A DNA stretch of 64,000 bases from Macrostomum lignano (lineage: Eukaryota). The notes under the pieces were generated by a model that had not been told where the DNA came from, did no database searches, and was given only the letters and a program-made list of their open reading frames with translations. Positions 45,501 through 57,989 of this stretch are shown here, one piece after another (the first letter of the stretch is position 1; the number at the start of each line of letters is the position of its first letter). A program made the translations under genes and the position numbers. The stretch is from assembly GCA_002269645.1 (NCBI GenBank), contig NIVC01000660.1, positions 372,001 to 436,000 on the forward strand, in the 5' to 3' direction.

Positions 45501-48500
45501 ACTTTTATTGAAGCTCGAGTCTTCAATGGGCAATAAAACTCGTTCTAACTTTCAGGACACATCAAGCCTTAGCGAGTTGGTCTCGGGCAAAGCTAACATC
45601 GACCTCATCATGCAACGTCCCAATAAATCAGATGATGAGGAGTTGACACCGGAGGACGAGATACTCAAGGAGGCTCGATACGAGCTATTCCAAAAACTGT
45701 TGCCAAGTGCTGCAACTGCAGTTGAGGACATGGCCTCGTGCATGCCGTTGTATGTAAAGCTGCTGAGCGTGTCCTTCAAGCAGTTTGTCGAAAGCATTGA
45801 AAAAATGTACTTTGACAATGCTAAGCTGAAGCTCATTCAGTTGAACGCTGCAGTGAGTTTGATAATATTACCTTTTTGCATCCTTGTCGTTTTGTTCCCG
45901 AGGTTCGACCCCCAGTTTTAGTGTATAGCAGCGTTAAATTAGGTTTACTACTGAACTACTGAAAGTAAAAATACTTTTTTTGTACTCAACAAAAAACTTT
46001 TTCAGAAATTTCAACCGGCTTTCATTTTGTTCATCGAAGAGTGCGCCAACGCTCTGACAAAACTAGACGAGTCTGTGCCCGAGGACAAGCAGGGTGACCC
46101 GTTGATATACGGACCGGTGCAAAAGCTGGCTTCCATTCTGGAGAAAATGATTGAAAAGCTTTAGTAAGTGATGGATGCGATAGTACGAGTAGTGTTTCTA
46201 TGTCAGTGAGGTTGATAGTTAAGCCCTAATCATGTCGAGAGTGTGTGAGAGTCGATTCGATTTGCTTGATTACAAGCCACGCTTCAACTTGACTGACCCT
46301 ACTGGAGTCCTTGATATAGTTATCTACTTTGCGGTTTGTAGTATCTTTGAAAGAATTATTCGATATTCGAAACTGATTTATTGTTTTAGCAAATCACCCG
46401 GCAAGAAGATCGTGCATGAGAAAGTTACCCAGGCAAAGCTGTTTGAAGTCATGCAGAAGATGGTGTCCAGTCGAAGTCTTTGCCTTCTCGGCGCAATACG
46501 TGGCTTTGACAAGGAAATTTTCAACTGGCCGGCGCTGCAAGATCGTTTTCAAGAAAATCTGGATATGCTTGAGGCATTTCTGAATGATAACTTCACTACT
46601 ATTGAGAGCGTGCACTACGGTATCGGGTTCGCCGTGATCCCGGTAGACTTCATCTTGTTTATGATGTGAGAAGCATTAAAGCCATGTTTTATCATCTGCT
46701 TTCCGCATCCTAAGTAAAGGTGGGGTATTCACAGATGAAGTGCTCTACATTGTCAACACTGGAGCGATAGAACTGGCATTCCTCACTGCGGATTTCCCCT
46801 AGAGGTAGCAATGCCTAGCGAAGCAGCCATGACCTGGGAGGGCTATGGTTACCGCCCTGACATCCCTGCGGTTGAGTCCAAGCAAGGGCCCGAACAGGAC
46901 AGGGCCGGTTTTTGAGTCCCTACACGTAGTCAAGGCTGAGTCAGGAACTCATTACATATACTTTAAGTACTACAAGAGATTCCATTCAAAATCTTTTTGC
47001 TACTCTTTAGTAGTATAACTTCCTACTTACTATACCACTCTTCTACTTTAAATTTCTGGCAAAAAAGTTTTTGACAGCTTCAGAAATACCTATATTCTGT
47101 CCACCGTAGAAAAAGCAAGCCACCTACTGTGTGCAAGAGTATGGAAAGTCTTCGCAAGATTATCGAAACCTGCTTAACTAGCGACATCATGGTGACAATG
47201 ATGAGTGGGTCGGAAATTCTGTCTGCCGAGGGTCTCGTATTGATCAATCTACTCAGCAACCTGATGTCGGCAACTAGTGTTCAGACGGTAAATCTTCATT
47301 CGTCCTTACAATCCGTTCCTTGATGTGCGCCAGACCCCCCAAATATGACCAATTTCTAAAATGTAAACTTGCCAACCAACTGCTATGCAAATTCCTATGC
47401 CCAAAGCTTTACATACCGCTGCCAAATTGTCAGATGCTGCCTATCAACAAAGAGCTCTACCCGCTGTACGTCAGCATGTGCCGGAAAACCAATGAGTATC
47501 CCGAGTCTGGCACAAGTGGAATAATGATTGGTCTGACAACCTGCCTCGGCTACAGCCCGGATACGGTTTTCCAGTTTCTGCCGCATTTTCCGCTTCTGTT
47601 GGAATTTCTACAGGAGCAAAAGACTGCGGGCTCTCAGATGTTTGGAGCATTGTTTGTGGGACTGTTGCGTGAGTAAATGCACAAACATTTTTTGACTCGA
47701 AAAACTAAATCTAAATCTAAACGATAATAGTCATTCCTTAAAAAAAACTTTTGCGAGCAGAATGCCTGCAACTGTCAGCGAAAACGGAGATTCCGGATCA
47801 ACTAGCCAGCCGAGTCGACCAGCTAATCAGCCTAAGCGAGGGAGAAGACACCGTGCAAGTACAGATGGTTCAGTTCATTGGGACTGTCTGCAAACTTAAC
47901 AGCGCCAAATCTGCCGAAAAGATGCGAGATTATCTGCTAAGCTTTCTGCAAGGTCCATACGCCGCTATTGCGCTGGGTGGCCTCGCTTCCCTAGCAGAAA
48001 ATCAACCGCAGGTGATGTCAGGAGCCTTAGACCAGCTGGTGACGACAGCGATATCTAACATCGATCTTGTAGCACTCATAATTACTACCATTGATAAAGG
48101 AAAGTTTGAAGCACCAAAACTAATGACGTCCATGTGTGAGATTGTGAATCATCACCTTGCTCAAGACTCAGAGGCTAACAAGCTCACCAGCTGTCTCGCG
48201 CTGATGCGACGTGTCGGAGTCGACAGTCCGCAGCTGCTGGCCGAGCGAGAGTCCGACATCAAGCGCTGGAAGTCGAGCCCGGCTCTGCTCGACGCCTGCA
48301 ACCACCTGCTCGATGTGATCGCAAACCGCTCGCTCGTCGGTCTGGAAGGCCAAATCACCGACCAGAGCGACAAGATCGGCGGACTTGAGCGAGACTTGAG
48401 CGACACCGGACACAAAGTCGACGAGGTGTCGGGTCGCGTAGACGAGACCAGAGACGAGCTCGGACAAGTTCGGGGCAGAGTGGACGCGACGGAGGGCCGC

Positions 48501-50441
48501 GTGGATGAGCTGAATGTCGCTGTGGGCGTGCTGGGCGAGAAGGTCGAGGAGATCGATCTCAAGGTGAGTCGCTGAGTCGAAGCCTACAGCATGCTCATAT
48601 GGTTGATAAAGAAGCCAATTCGCAGTTACAACTCCACTACAGACTCTGAGCGCGGCTCCTGCGTGGTCTCGCGAAGTGTCCCGACTGATGAACCCGGAGT
48701 CCGACACTGACTGGCGACTGCTGGCTCAGAGACTGAACTTCTCGGCAGACGACATTCGAGCATGGGCCACAACTGCGGACCCGTGTATGAGTATGCTGGC
48801 CGAGTTCTACACAAACAACCGAGCAGCGGAAGCGTCCAAGGCTGTGCTGCAGCAGCTCAAGGAGATGAACCGTCTTGACGCAGCGGCCATTGTCGAGGCG
48901 TCCATTCTGAACGCAGGTGAGTAGCTGAGCTTGAATAGAGACCACTCGTTGCTCAATTGAATAACTGATACTACAACAGAGTTCTCTGCTCACCGCTTCC
49001 ATTCAGAGTCCGCTGCCTCCGACGACCCGGTCGAGTTCACGGCGCCTCGCAACGTCTTCCTCAGCTATCAATGGGGCCACCAGGCCGAGGTGAAGATGCT
49101 CAAGCAGCACCTGGAGAAGGCCGGGTATCGCTGCTGGATGGACATTGGCCAGATGGGAGGAGGAGACAAGCTGTTCTCGGCCATCGATGCTGGAATTCGG
49201 TCAGCCAAGGTGGTCATTGCGTGTGTGACAGACAAGTACTCCAAGTCGGACAACTGCAGACGAGAGGTGAGCCTGTTTGAGCTCATCTTTGCGGTAGAGT
49301 AGATGCATGCTCACACATACATGCCGCGCTTATCTCCAATTTGCAGCTGAACCTGTCCGTGTCGCTGAACAAGCACCTGATCCCGGTGCAGCTCGAGCGA
49401 GTGTCTTGGCCTCCGGAAGGAGCCATGGGACCTCTGCTGACCGAGTACCTGTACATCCGCTTGTTCGATCGGAGCGGCAAGGCGTCCGGCTCTGGCGGAG
49501 TGTTCTGGCCGCCGGACAAGTTCATGGAGCTGCTGGTTCAGATCCGGTTGGCCGTGGCGCCCGACTACGACTCGGTGAGTGCAGAGTACGCGAACTGGTG
49601 GCAGCCGCCCAGCGCCGACGAGACCATCGTGCTGCCCGACCGGAAGGAGGCCTCCAAGACGGACGCCAAGGCCAAGACGAGCTCGGCCTCGACCTCGGCC
49701 GACAAGTCCGACTCGGCGGACAGCCGCGACGCTCCGCCAGCCGCTCCGCAGGTGTTCCTGTCCTACCAGTGGTCCAAGCAGTCAGAGGTGAAGGCGCTCT
49801 ACTCTCGACTGTGCAGTCTCGGCTTCACCTGCTGGATGGACATCTTCCAGATGGGAGGCGGCGACTCGCTCTACGAGAAGATCGACCGCGGAGTTCGCGG
49901 CTGCAGCGTCGTTGTCGCCTTCGTCACTCCCAAGTACGCCGCCTCGCCCAACTGCAGGCGAGAGGTGAGCCTCGCCGACGCCGTCCGCAAGCCGATCGTT
50001 CCGGTGATGCTGGAGAAGATGGCGTGGCCGCCCGAGGGTCCGATGTCGATGCCGCTCACGCAGCTCATCTACGTGCAGATGTACAAGGACGCGGAGGACC
50101 AGCTGACGTGGCGCGGCGAAAAGTTCGAGGAGCTTCACGCCAGACTGCGGCAGATTGTGCCGGCGCCTGCGGCAGAGGCGGCGGCTGGTGGGCAGGCGAA
50201 GAGCGGAGCTGAGGCTGCGGCTGGTGGGCAGGCGAAGAGCGGAGCTGAGGCTGCGGCTGGTGGGCAGGCGAAGAGCGGAGCTGAGGCGGCGGCTGGTAGG
50301 CAGGCGAAGAGCGGAACAGAAGCTGCAGAGGCTGGGGGTGGCGGGCCTGCGAGCCTGCCTCCACTGAGCGAGAAGAAGCGGGAGAAGCTGGCAAGGGTGC
50401 AGAGCGCCGCTGGTCGCTCCAAGACATGCGAAATTCTCTGA
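42511..50441 (+). CDS. Large helical-repeat (ARM/HEAT-like) + coiled-coil + Death + TIR + TIR + CaaX protein, ~1500 aa
   Basis: Inferred exons 42511-42746 (or alternative 43159-43181), 43346-43520, 43767-43897, 44321-44471, 44501-44668, 45556-45852, 46006-46163, 46390-46619, 46735-46804 (needs +1 nt), 47078-47287, 47434-47668, 47758-48563, 48643-48916, 49007-49266, 49347-50441. Death DWRLLAQRLNFS; TIRs VFLSYQW...CWMDI.QMGGGD.L...NCRRE; ends CEIL-stop. The 3' half is secure; the 5' exons are less so. Confidence 0.82.
42800..42980. repeat. 22-bp minisatellite (GTAGAGTGAGACACCTGGGATA)
   Basis: About 8 copies in the putative first intron of the TIR gene. Confidence 0.88.
44940..45195 (+). repeat. 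~81-bp CCAAT-containing unit x3; dispersed element with an inverted copy at 51170-51335
   Basis: GGGGCAGGCCCA..CTCAGCCAATGAGAGA.CAGTAAGG..GTCAGAC repeated three times; GTCAGACACAAGCGGGCAAG shared with the reverse complement of 51170-51192. Confidence 0.85.
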
Positions 50442-50699
50442 CTACGATATGGAATTTAAGTCTTGATGTTAAATCAAATGTATAGGGTTTTGAAAGTCGA
50501 CAATATTGTACTGACAAGTCAAGTTGATCCGATTTCGTTATGTTAAGTTCAATTTATTTATTTGAGACAATATTTGACTTCTTTACTGCAGAAGTAAAAT
50601 TTAGGACAACTTCTGAAGCAACCACAGAACTAGAGTAACTAGACATGTCAGTTGCAAAGAATGCACTGATCTAAACTTTTCAGTATTATAAATATAGAT

Positions 50700-51130
50700 A
50701 TTGACGGACTAGCTAATTAGAGCTGGCTGCCAGCATCCAGAATAATTTTTTATTCTCCCCCCTTTAAGTGGGACCCAGTAAGTTTTCTTATCAGTTGGCT
50801 CTGGCGGAATCAATTAAAATTGGCTGTGAAGTTTCTCGCTGATAAAATTTGCATTGAAAAAGCCTATTTAAAACAGTTTTTTTCGAATATTTAATCCCTT
50901 TAGCATTGAGGCAGATAAAAGAAATTTTAACCATACGATCCTGGGCTAATTACAACTCGGTGAAATTCTTCACGCGATGAAAATCGGTGAAGAATTGCAA
51001 TCTCTAGAGCGTTATGGACAAGCATACAAATATTAGAGATTTAGTATATTTAGATTTAGAAGATAGATAGAAGATAGAAGAAGATTAGAAAGAAGAAGAT
51101 AGAAGATTAGATTAGAAGAAGATAAGAAGA
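50700..51130 (+). mobile_element. Possible non-autonomous Helitron/HINE-like fragment with an (AGAT/AGA)n tail
   Basis: GAAAATCGGTGAAGAATTGC...GGACAAGCATACAAA...TTAGTATATTTAGAT resembles invertebrate Helitron-derived ends; judged by resemblance only. Confidence 0.35.
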
Positions 51131-51169
51131 CTAGCGCCCTAGTCCCCTAGTCAGGTGGATAAACAGTTT

Positions 51170-51335
51170 GACTCTTGCCCGCTTGTGTCTGACCAGGGAA
51201 TTCTCCAGACTCCAGACCAGAGGGAATTCTCCAGACCAGAGAATTCCCTGGTCTGACTGACCTCTGTCCTTACTGGTCTCTCATTGGCTGAGCTAAACTG
51301 GGCCTGCCCCCTAGACTGGGTTTCGTCCGTCTTGC
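51170..51335 (-). repeat. Inverted copy of the CCAAT element with an internal hairpin insertion
   Basis: CAGGGAATTCTC...GAGAATTCCCTG inverted repeat inside the copy. Confidence 0.75.
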
Positions 51336-52634
51336 GTATACTTGTGTATATCGAGGTAAATGCTTGTTGTTGATTCCTTAACCCCATATGCTCCCGAAGC
51401 CGCAAACCCCGGGGTTCAAGAAGGGAAATTTTCAACTGCCACATTTAATTTAAAATACACGACTGCAGCGCAGACAAACTATGCTCGAACCTAAACAATA
51501 ATAGACGCTGTACTTTTTCACATCTCTAATTATCCTGATTATCTGTTAGTACTCTTTCGCAAAACATTTAAAAGTACATTTATATTTAGTCAGACGAGTT
51601 TAGATAACATACACAAGAGCGTAGTACTCGTAGTTTTCCTACCGTTGTAGGCATATCTACAGAGACTAGAAGGCTTCGACAGTAGTCTGTGTCGCCCTTT
51701 TTATAGCTCTCTAGGAAAACCACTGAGCTTATTTTACTGTTTTTAATTTTGACGTCAGATTGCACTAACAAGCGAATTAGAAACACAGTCTGTAAAAGCG
51801 CCGTTTCCACTGGTTTCTTAATGTCTAATTTCTAATTTCATGTCTAATTTAATGTCCGGCGTTTTTTTGTCGACTGTCTGCTGGCTGATGTCTGCGTTCG
51901 CGCCAAGTCCCTGAAACGCGCCATGTGATATTGTTGTTGTTTAATGTCTTTGTGCATGCTTATTTAACCTATCAGATAGGATTCTATAGTTTTAAGCAAA
52001 TATACTGAAATCACATTATTGTTTACTCAACTATAATAATTTAACCAAATTGTCAAATTTTCTAAGGTCAAAGTTGGCAGAGCTGGTTTCACATCAGATT
52101 TTATTTAGTTAGTAGAAAAGCTTAAACTTCTGCTCCGACTTTGGTACACTAATAAAGGCACACACAAGAGCTAAGGAAAGCATCTCGTCAAACAGCAAAT
52201 CACAGATGAAATTAGGTTTCGATAACGCACATATTAAGTATATCAATGCCGTACATTCGACTAGTCAACAAAATGCACCAAAATATCGATCTCATTGGCA
52301 TAATGTGACATCTTAATTAAACATAATAAATGTAAAAAATCTAAGTGATAAGACTAATCATGTCACAATAGATCCACGATAGAAAATACATGTGTGAATT
52401 CGTATAGTGAAATTATTTGAATTTGCGCCAGAATCCGGAAATTTTTGATTAACGTAAAACTACTAGCAAAATTCAATGATTTATTAAGGAGTGTTGAGAG
52501 CAATAATAAGGAACACGACACATTATCGGAATAGATAAATTGATAGATAATATAACCAATATAGTAAATTAATCATTTAAATTCTCCCTGCCTAGCCTAG
52601 CATACTAGCTAGGGTTTTCTTCTTTTATTAGAAG

Positions 52635-52774
52635 CAGGGGGCTGTGTGCACCCTGGCGCACTCTAAGCGACATTGTCGCACAACCGGCGAGAGGCATTAC
52701 TGCCCAAAGGCATTACTGCGACTGCACTTGGAATCGAGCCTGGGTCTAAAATCACACCACTGGAGTACGGCACC
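52635..52774 (-). mobile_element. SINE family A, internally deleted copy (head joined to 3' end)
   Basis: Reverse complement: CCCAGGCTCGATTCCAAGTGCAGTC...GGGCAGTAATGCCTCTCGCC...GCACACAGCCCCCTG. Confidence 0.7.
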
Positions 52775-52968
52775 TCTGAGGTTTTTTACTAGGCCAAGCA
52801 ATTTTCTATGCTCAGATAAATTTATCTTTCTATATGAAAACTATACTACCAAGCAAGGAGTAGTAGAAAATTATGTGAAAAGTGGTAAGATGACGACTTT
52901 AACTATATTTTATCTGTATCTTGTTTGGCTCAGCACTGTTCCAATATTGCCCTGCGGCTGCGAGTTTC

Positions 52969-55900
52969 TCAAGACCAGACGTCCTCCTTGTACCGGCCTT
53001 CAATTCGCATCCGAGCCAGCAGGTGAGCGGCAGCCGATCCGCCGCCCGACTTTTTCGTGGACGAATCGTCGACCTTGTCGATACCCGGAGTTAGGGCGGC
53101 CTCCAGCGCAGCCAGGACGTCCTTAGCCATGCCAGTGGCATCGCCGCAAACCAATACGCAACAGGTGGATTTGTGCTCGCCTAGTAACAGGCGCCTAATC
53201 TCGGCAGCCTCCGTTGCTATCCAATTAGTCACGTAGCCTCTGCATTGATTCGATGCCAGCTTAGGAATCTGGGATTCGTCTAAACGAGAGAAAGCCAGTC
53301 GGACCTGCTGCACAGCGCCAGAATCTTTCAGCACTTCGATCGGTTCGCGGAAAGCGAAATCCCAATCGGGTCGGCGGCAGCCGTGAAGCAGCCAGGCTTC
53401 GCCCAGCTGCTGCTCTTTGGCGTCTCTGCAAAAAATATCAAAAGGTCATTAAATTTTTCCAGGTCAATAATTCAAATAGACCAGGGGTCGGACAACTTTT
53501 TTTAACTCAAGGGCCGGATTAAGAATCCAGCTTATGGCTGCTGTTCAGATGAGAGTAGAAAGGAGAGGGAATAGATTATGAAAGACGAGAGAAGAGAGTG
53601 AGAGAGAAGAGAGAGAGGGGATAGGGGAGAGAGGAGAGGAGACGGGAGAGAGGAGAGAAGGGAGAGGAGACAGGGGAGAGAGGAGACGGGAGAGAGATGA
53701 GGGGGGGGAGAGGGGAGAGAGGAGAGAAGGGAAAGGGGAGAGGAGAGGAGAGGGGAGAGAGGAGAGGGGAGAGAGAGGAGAGAAGGGAGAGGAGAGGGGA
53801 GAGAGAGGAGAGAAGGGAGAGGAGAGGGGAGAGAGGACGGAGAGAAGGGAGAGGGGAGAGGAGAGAAGGGAAAGGGGAAAGGAGAGAGGAGAGAGCCTAC
53901 GGAAAAGGTTTCTCAGAGGATTTTTTGATTTTGTTGTAAGCTGTAGTGTCTGTTATTAAAGTTGTAAATTTCCTGACTTCCAAGACTTGGCGAACAACTG
54001 TTTATCTTTAGGTCCAGCTCACCCATTCTCAAGCAGCCGCTGTCGTCTCCAGTCCAGAAAAGCGCAGAGAGGCGCGCACCCAGTGCCCGGCCCGATCAGC
54101 AGCAGCGGCCCATCGGTCATCTGCGATTCTGTCAGCCGAAAATTGCGATTCTCTCTGCCGTAGACTGGGATGCGAGCGCCCGGCGATAGGCGTCTCAGCC
54201 AGCCTGTGGCCACGCCTTCACGACTAGCTGTGCGACCCGACTCAGCAGGGATGTATACCTCGCTAAAGTACAGTTTGACGGAGCTAGGCGAACCGTAGTT
54301 GGCTAGGGAGTACGGCCGGGCCTGCAGTCTGGAGTGTTCGAGCGGCAGTTTGTGACCCGCCGATTCTGGGACGGGTTTTTGGCCGATTCTGGGACGGGTT
54401 TTTGACCGATTTTGGGACGGGTTTTTTGGCCGATTCTGGGACGGGTTTTTGGCCGATTCTGGGACGGGTTTTTGGCCGATTCTGGGACGGGTTTTTGGCC
54501 GATTCTGGGACGGGTTTTTGGCCGATCTTGGGACGGGTTTTTGACCGATTCTGGGACGGATTTTGGCCGATTCTGGGACGGGTTTTTGACCGATTCTGGG
54601 ACGGGTTTTTGACCGGGAGGTTTTTTGGCCGGGACGGGTTTCTGGCCGATTCTGGGACGGGTTTTTTGGCCGATTCTGGGACGGGTTTTATGGCCGATTC
54701 TGAGACAGGTTTTTTGTTTGATCTGGCTTGTGTCTGATTCTAGGACGGATTTGTGGGGGATTCTTGGACAGGTTCGTGTCCGATTTTTTCGTCCTAGATT
54801 TGAAGAGGGTATTGCTGATACATTCGGAGCGATTTTTCCATGACTGTGATGTTTTTTACTAATGAATTTTAAAATTCGAATATTAGGCTGTTTTCACTTG
54901 TGAACTTCAGGTGTTTTTTTAATCAAGAATCGAAAACCATTAATTATACAAATGAGGAACAAAGGAAAGCTCATAAATATCAGGTTGCATTCCATTAAAC
55001 GGGCCTCACCTAGGCAGGTAGGGCAGCAGGTGATCCAGCGGCGGCCGGCAGGACGGGAAATGACGCAGCAGATCCAGTAGGGACAGCCGGGGCCCCAGCA
55101 ACAGGCGAGTCTTGGCTTCGCTGGTTTGCCTGCGTTAATAAAAGTTCCAGGTGAGCGCAGGTGTTGACATCAGGGGAGATTCTCAATGTGAATCAGGGGG
55201 ATTCTCAATGTGAATCAGGGGGATTCTCAATGTGAATCAGGGGGATTCTCAGTGTGAATCAGGGGGATTCTCAATGTGAATCAGGGGGATTCTCAATGTG
55301 AATCAGTGACGATTCTCAATGTGAATCAGTGACGATTCTCGATGTGAATCAGTGACGATTCTCAATGTGAATCAGTGACGATTCTCAATGTGAATCAGTG
55401 ACGATTCTCAATGTGAATCAGTGACGATTCTCAATGTGAATCAGTGCCGATTGTCAATCAATGTGAATCAGTGCCGATTGTCAATCAATGTGAATCAGTG
55501 CCGATTGTCAATCAATGTGAATCAGTGCCGACTCTCTGTACTTGATTAACTAATAGAATAATGGATTCCATGCATAACTATCACATTGTCACCTGGCGCA
55601 AAGCTGCCGCAGCCGCAGGCGCTCCCGACGGTTCCCAGCATACTCTGCCAGCACCCGGCGCAGCAGATTGCTCGGTGGCTGTCGAATATCAACGTAGCGC
55701 AGCAGCAGGCTGGCCAGAGTCACCGGCCTGTCCGCAGGCGGCAGATGGTCTGGCGCCTTCTTGCCACCGCTGCAAACCAGTCGAACAACCCGACGGCCGT
55801 CGACGCCGAGACGGTGCAGCAGATCGTCGACCTCTTGGGGACAGTTGGCCGGGCAGAGCGAGATGGCATCGCCAGGCGCCAGACTGTGCGCCCAGGCTCC

Positions 55901-57933
55901 GGCGCCAGACACATCAAGACTAACGCGCCAGATTCGTTTTGGCGCCGCAGACGAAGATAACTCGTCTAGCGCTAATAGAGGCGCTAAATATGTGGCGCCG
56001 CCTCCGCCGATGGCACCGGGCGGTCGACCGAAAGCGCCGCCAGCGCCGCCGTCGCCGCACAACTCCGAATCGGCAGCATCGGCAGCATCAACAGTTACGG
56101 AAGCGGCTCCATCGTCAGCCGGATGATCAACCAGGCTGAGGTAGCGAGCCGGCAGCGGTGGGACAGCCAGGCTGGCCTCGTCTGGCCACGCAACACCCTC
56201 GAGATCATCGCCGAAAACCTATAGGAACGCGAGCAGAGCAGAGGAAATCTTTGTGTCGGAATAATGGCTTGATAATGGTGTGGCTGCGGGGCAAAGCGTC
56301 TTCGCTCGCGCATCAACACCCACTTGGTTTGAATCCGCGGCCACATTAATTTGGGGCTTGTGTGCTCGAAAATTGACCGTGGAGGTTGTCGTGCGGTCAT
56401 GCAGGCCCACCCTCCAAGGCATATGGAGATGTACATGCCTGACGATTGGGAAGTTTTAAGGGCTGCTGTACACCCTGTGTGAGTGCGTGCCTGCGAACAG
56501 TATTGGCGCTTGTGTGCCCAGGAGTCAGCGCAATGGGCAGAGTTGATTCATGCGAAGGGTGCACACAGACCTCCTGCAAGTATACTCTACAGCCAGTTTG
56601 CTCTAAATGACCCTCGTTAGGAGTCGCATTCTTAAACGAGCACAATACATTGATTGGTTTCTGTACTTCGCTGAGCCAGGACGATAAGCCGTTCCTATTA
56701 GAGACAGGGGGCTGCGTGCATTCTGGCCCACTTCAAGCGACATTGGCACACAAGCGCTCGGATACGTACGCAGTCACACGCACAGGCACACACTCACACA
56801 GAAGTGTACAGCGGCCCTGACTTTATTTATCGTTAGGCATGTACACTTCACTGTGCCTTTGGGGTTGGCCAAGCCGGGATTCCATCCAATCCATATACTA
56901 AAAATGACTGCACTTGGATTCGAGCCTGGACCGCTGGTACATCAGAGCGCCGCGCTGGACTACCAGGCTACGGGACAACCTGACAAAATTTCGTAGACAA
57001 ACACTACTTGGAAGACAAGTTCTATTTAACACACTTCACAAGACTCGATTCACATTCTTACCATGCTACTCTTCAGTAGGCGATCTCTTCCTAGACACAG
57101 AATAATAAAAACTCAAATCGGAGTTCTTGACGCTAAAAGTATTTTCAGGGAAGGATTTTGAAGGAATAGACACATCGGGAAGTGACTGCGACCCTGGAAA
57201 TGCACTTAGACAGACGATCACACGGAATGTTACAGCAGACCTGACTTTCTTCTCATGGCCCTAATGTCAAGAAGCCCTACATACTCATAGGCCGATGTTC
57301 GTGCATTAGACCAAAACAATTGTAAGCAGCACTCACTGGGCCATCGTCGGAGTTATCGCAGCCAATGTCCGCATTGATATCAAGGGCACCAGATCCAGCA
57401 CCTGTCAGACTAATACCAGCCATATTATCAACAATCTTAGCGTCGTCTTTAACGTCAGAAGCGGCATCGGCGGCAATCAAAGCATCCACAGCTGGCCAGA
57501 GTCGCTCTAGAAACGGTCCAACAGTGAGTTCCAAGCCGACCGCATCGTCAGCCAAAGCGGTTGGCAGAAACAGTTCGGCGCCCAACGATTTAAGCTTAGT
57601 CTCAATGGTTTGCGGGCATTTGCCAAAGCTAGTGTAGTTGGTATCGCCCAGGCCTAGCAAAGAGAATCGAATATGGCTGTAGGCATCGGCTGGCAGATCC
57701 GACCGGCTCAGCAGGCGCACAAATTTAGCCGCATTATCCGGTGCGTCCCCATCGCCAGTGGATGAACACACTATGATAAGCCGACGGACAGTTGCTAGGT
57801 CTAACTGTTCGTTGCAGGTGCGCAGTTCAACGCGAATCTTCGGTCGAGTCTGCAACTCCGAAGCGATGTCCTCTGCGATGGCCTGCGCTTGGCCAGTCTG
57901 ACTGCCGTAGAGAATGTGCCAGGTGGCCGGCAT
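52969..57933 (-). CDS. MTRR: Methionine synthase reductase (diflavin reductase), 5 exons, ~701 aa
   Basis: Exons 57933-57337, 56218-55593, 55129-55010, 54328-54023, 53425-52969, phase-compatible. FMN domain ILYGSQTGQAQAIA, SSTGDGDAPDNA, GLGDTNY; PPLPARYL linker; PRLQARPYS; IGPGTGCAP; GCR; VCGDATGMAKDV; EDVWS-stop. Lacks the membrane anchor of P450 reductase. Confidence 0.9.
53590..53895. repeat. Degenerate polypurine (GGAGA/GAGAG) repeat, MTRR intron 4
   Basis: Almost entirely A/G on the + strand. Confidence 0.88.
54358..54710. repeat. 23-24-bp minisatellite (GGCCGATTCTGGGACGGGTTTTT), MTRR intron 3
   Basis: About 14 copies. Confidence 0.92.
55173..55510. repeat. 22-bp minisatellite (GATTCTCAATGTGAATCAGGGG and variants), MTRR intron 2
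   Basis: About 15 copies with stepwise variant gradients. Confidence 0.92.
56300..56580 (+). mobile_element. SINE family A, diverged copy in MTRR intron 1
   Basis: CACATTAATTTGGGGCT...CCTCCAAGGC...TGTACATGCCTGACGAT...GGGCTGCTGTACAC...GGGTGCACACAG. Confidence 0.65.
56703..56975 (-). mobile_element. SINE family A with the best-preserved tRNA-like head
   Basis: Reverse complement: CCGTAGCCTGGTAG (A-box-like), GGCTCGAATCC (B box), central hairpin, 3' CCCCCTG. Confidence 0.75.
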
Positions 57934-57989
57934 GACTTGTTTCAGTATGCGATAATTTCGCTTCCTTAGCATCAACGGCGTCAGGGTCT

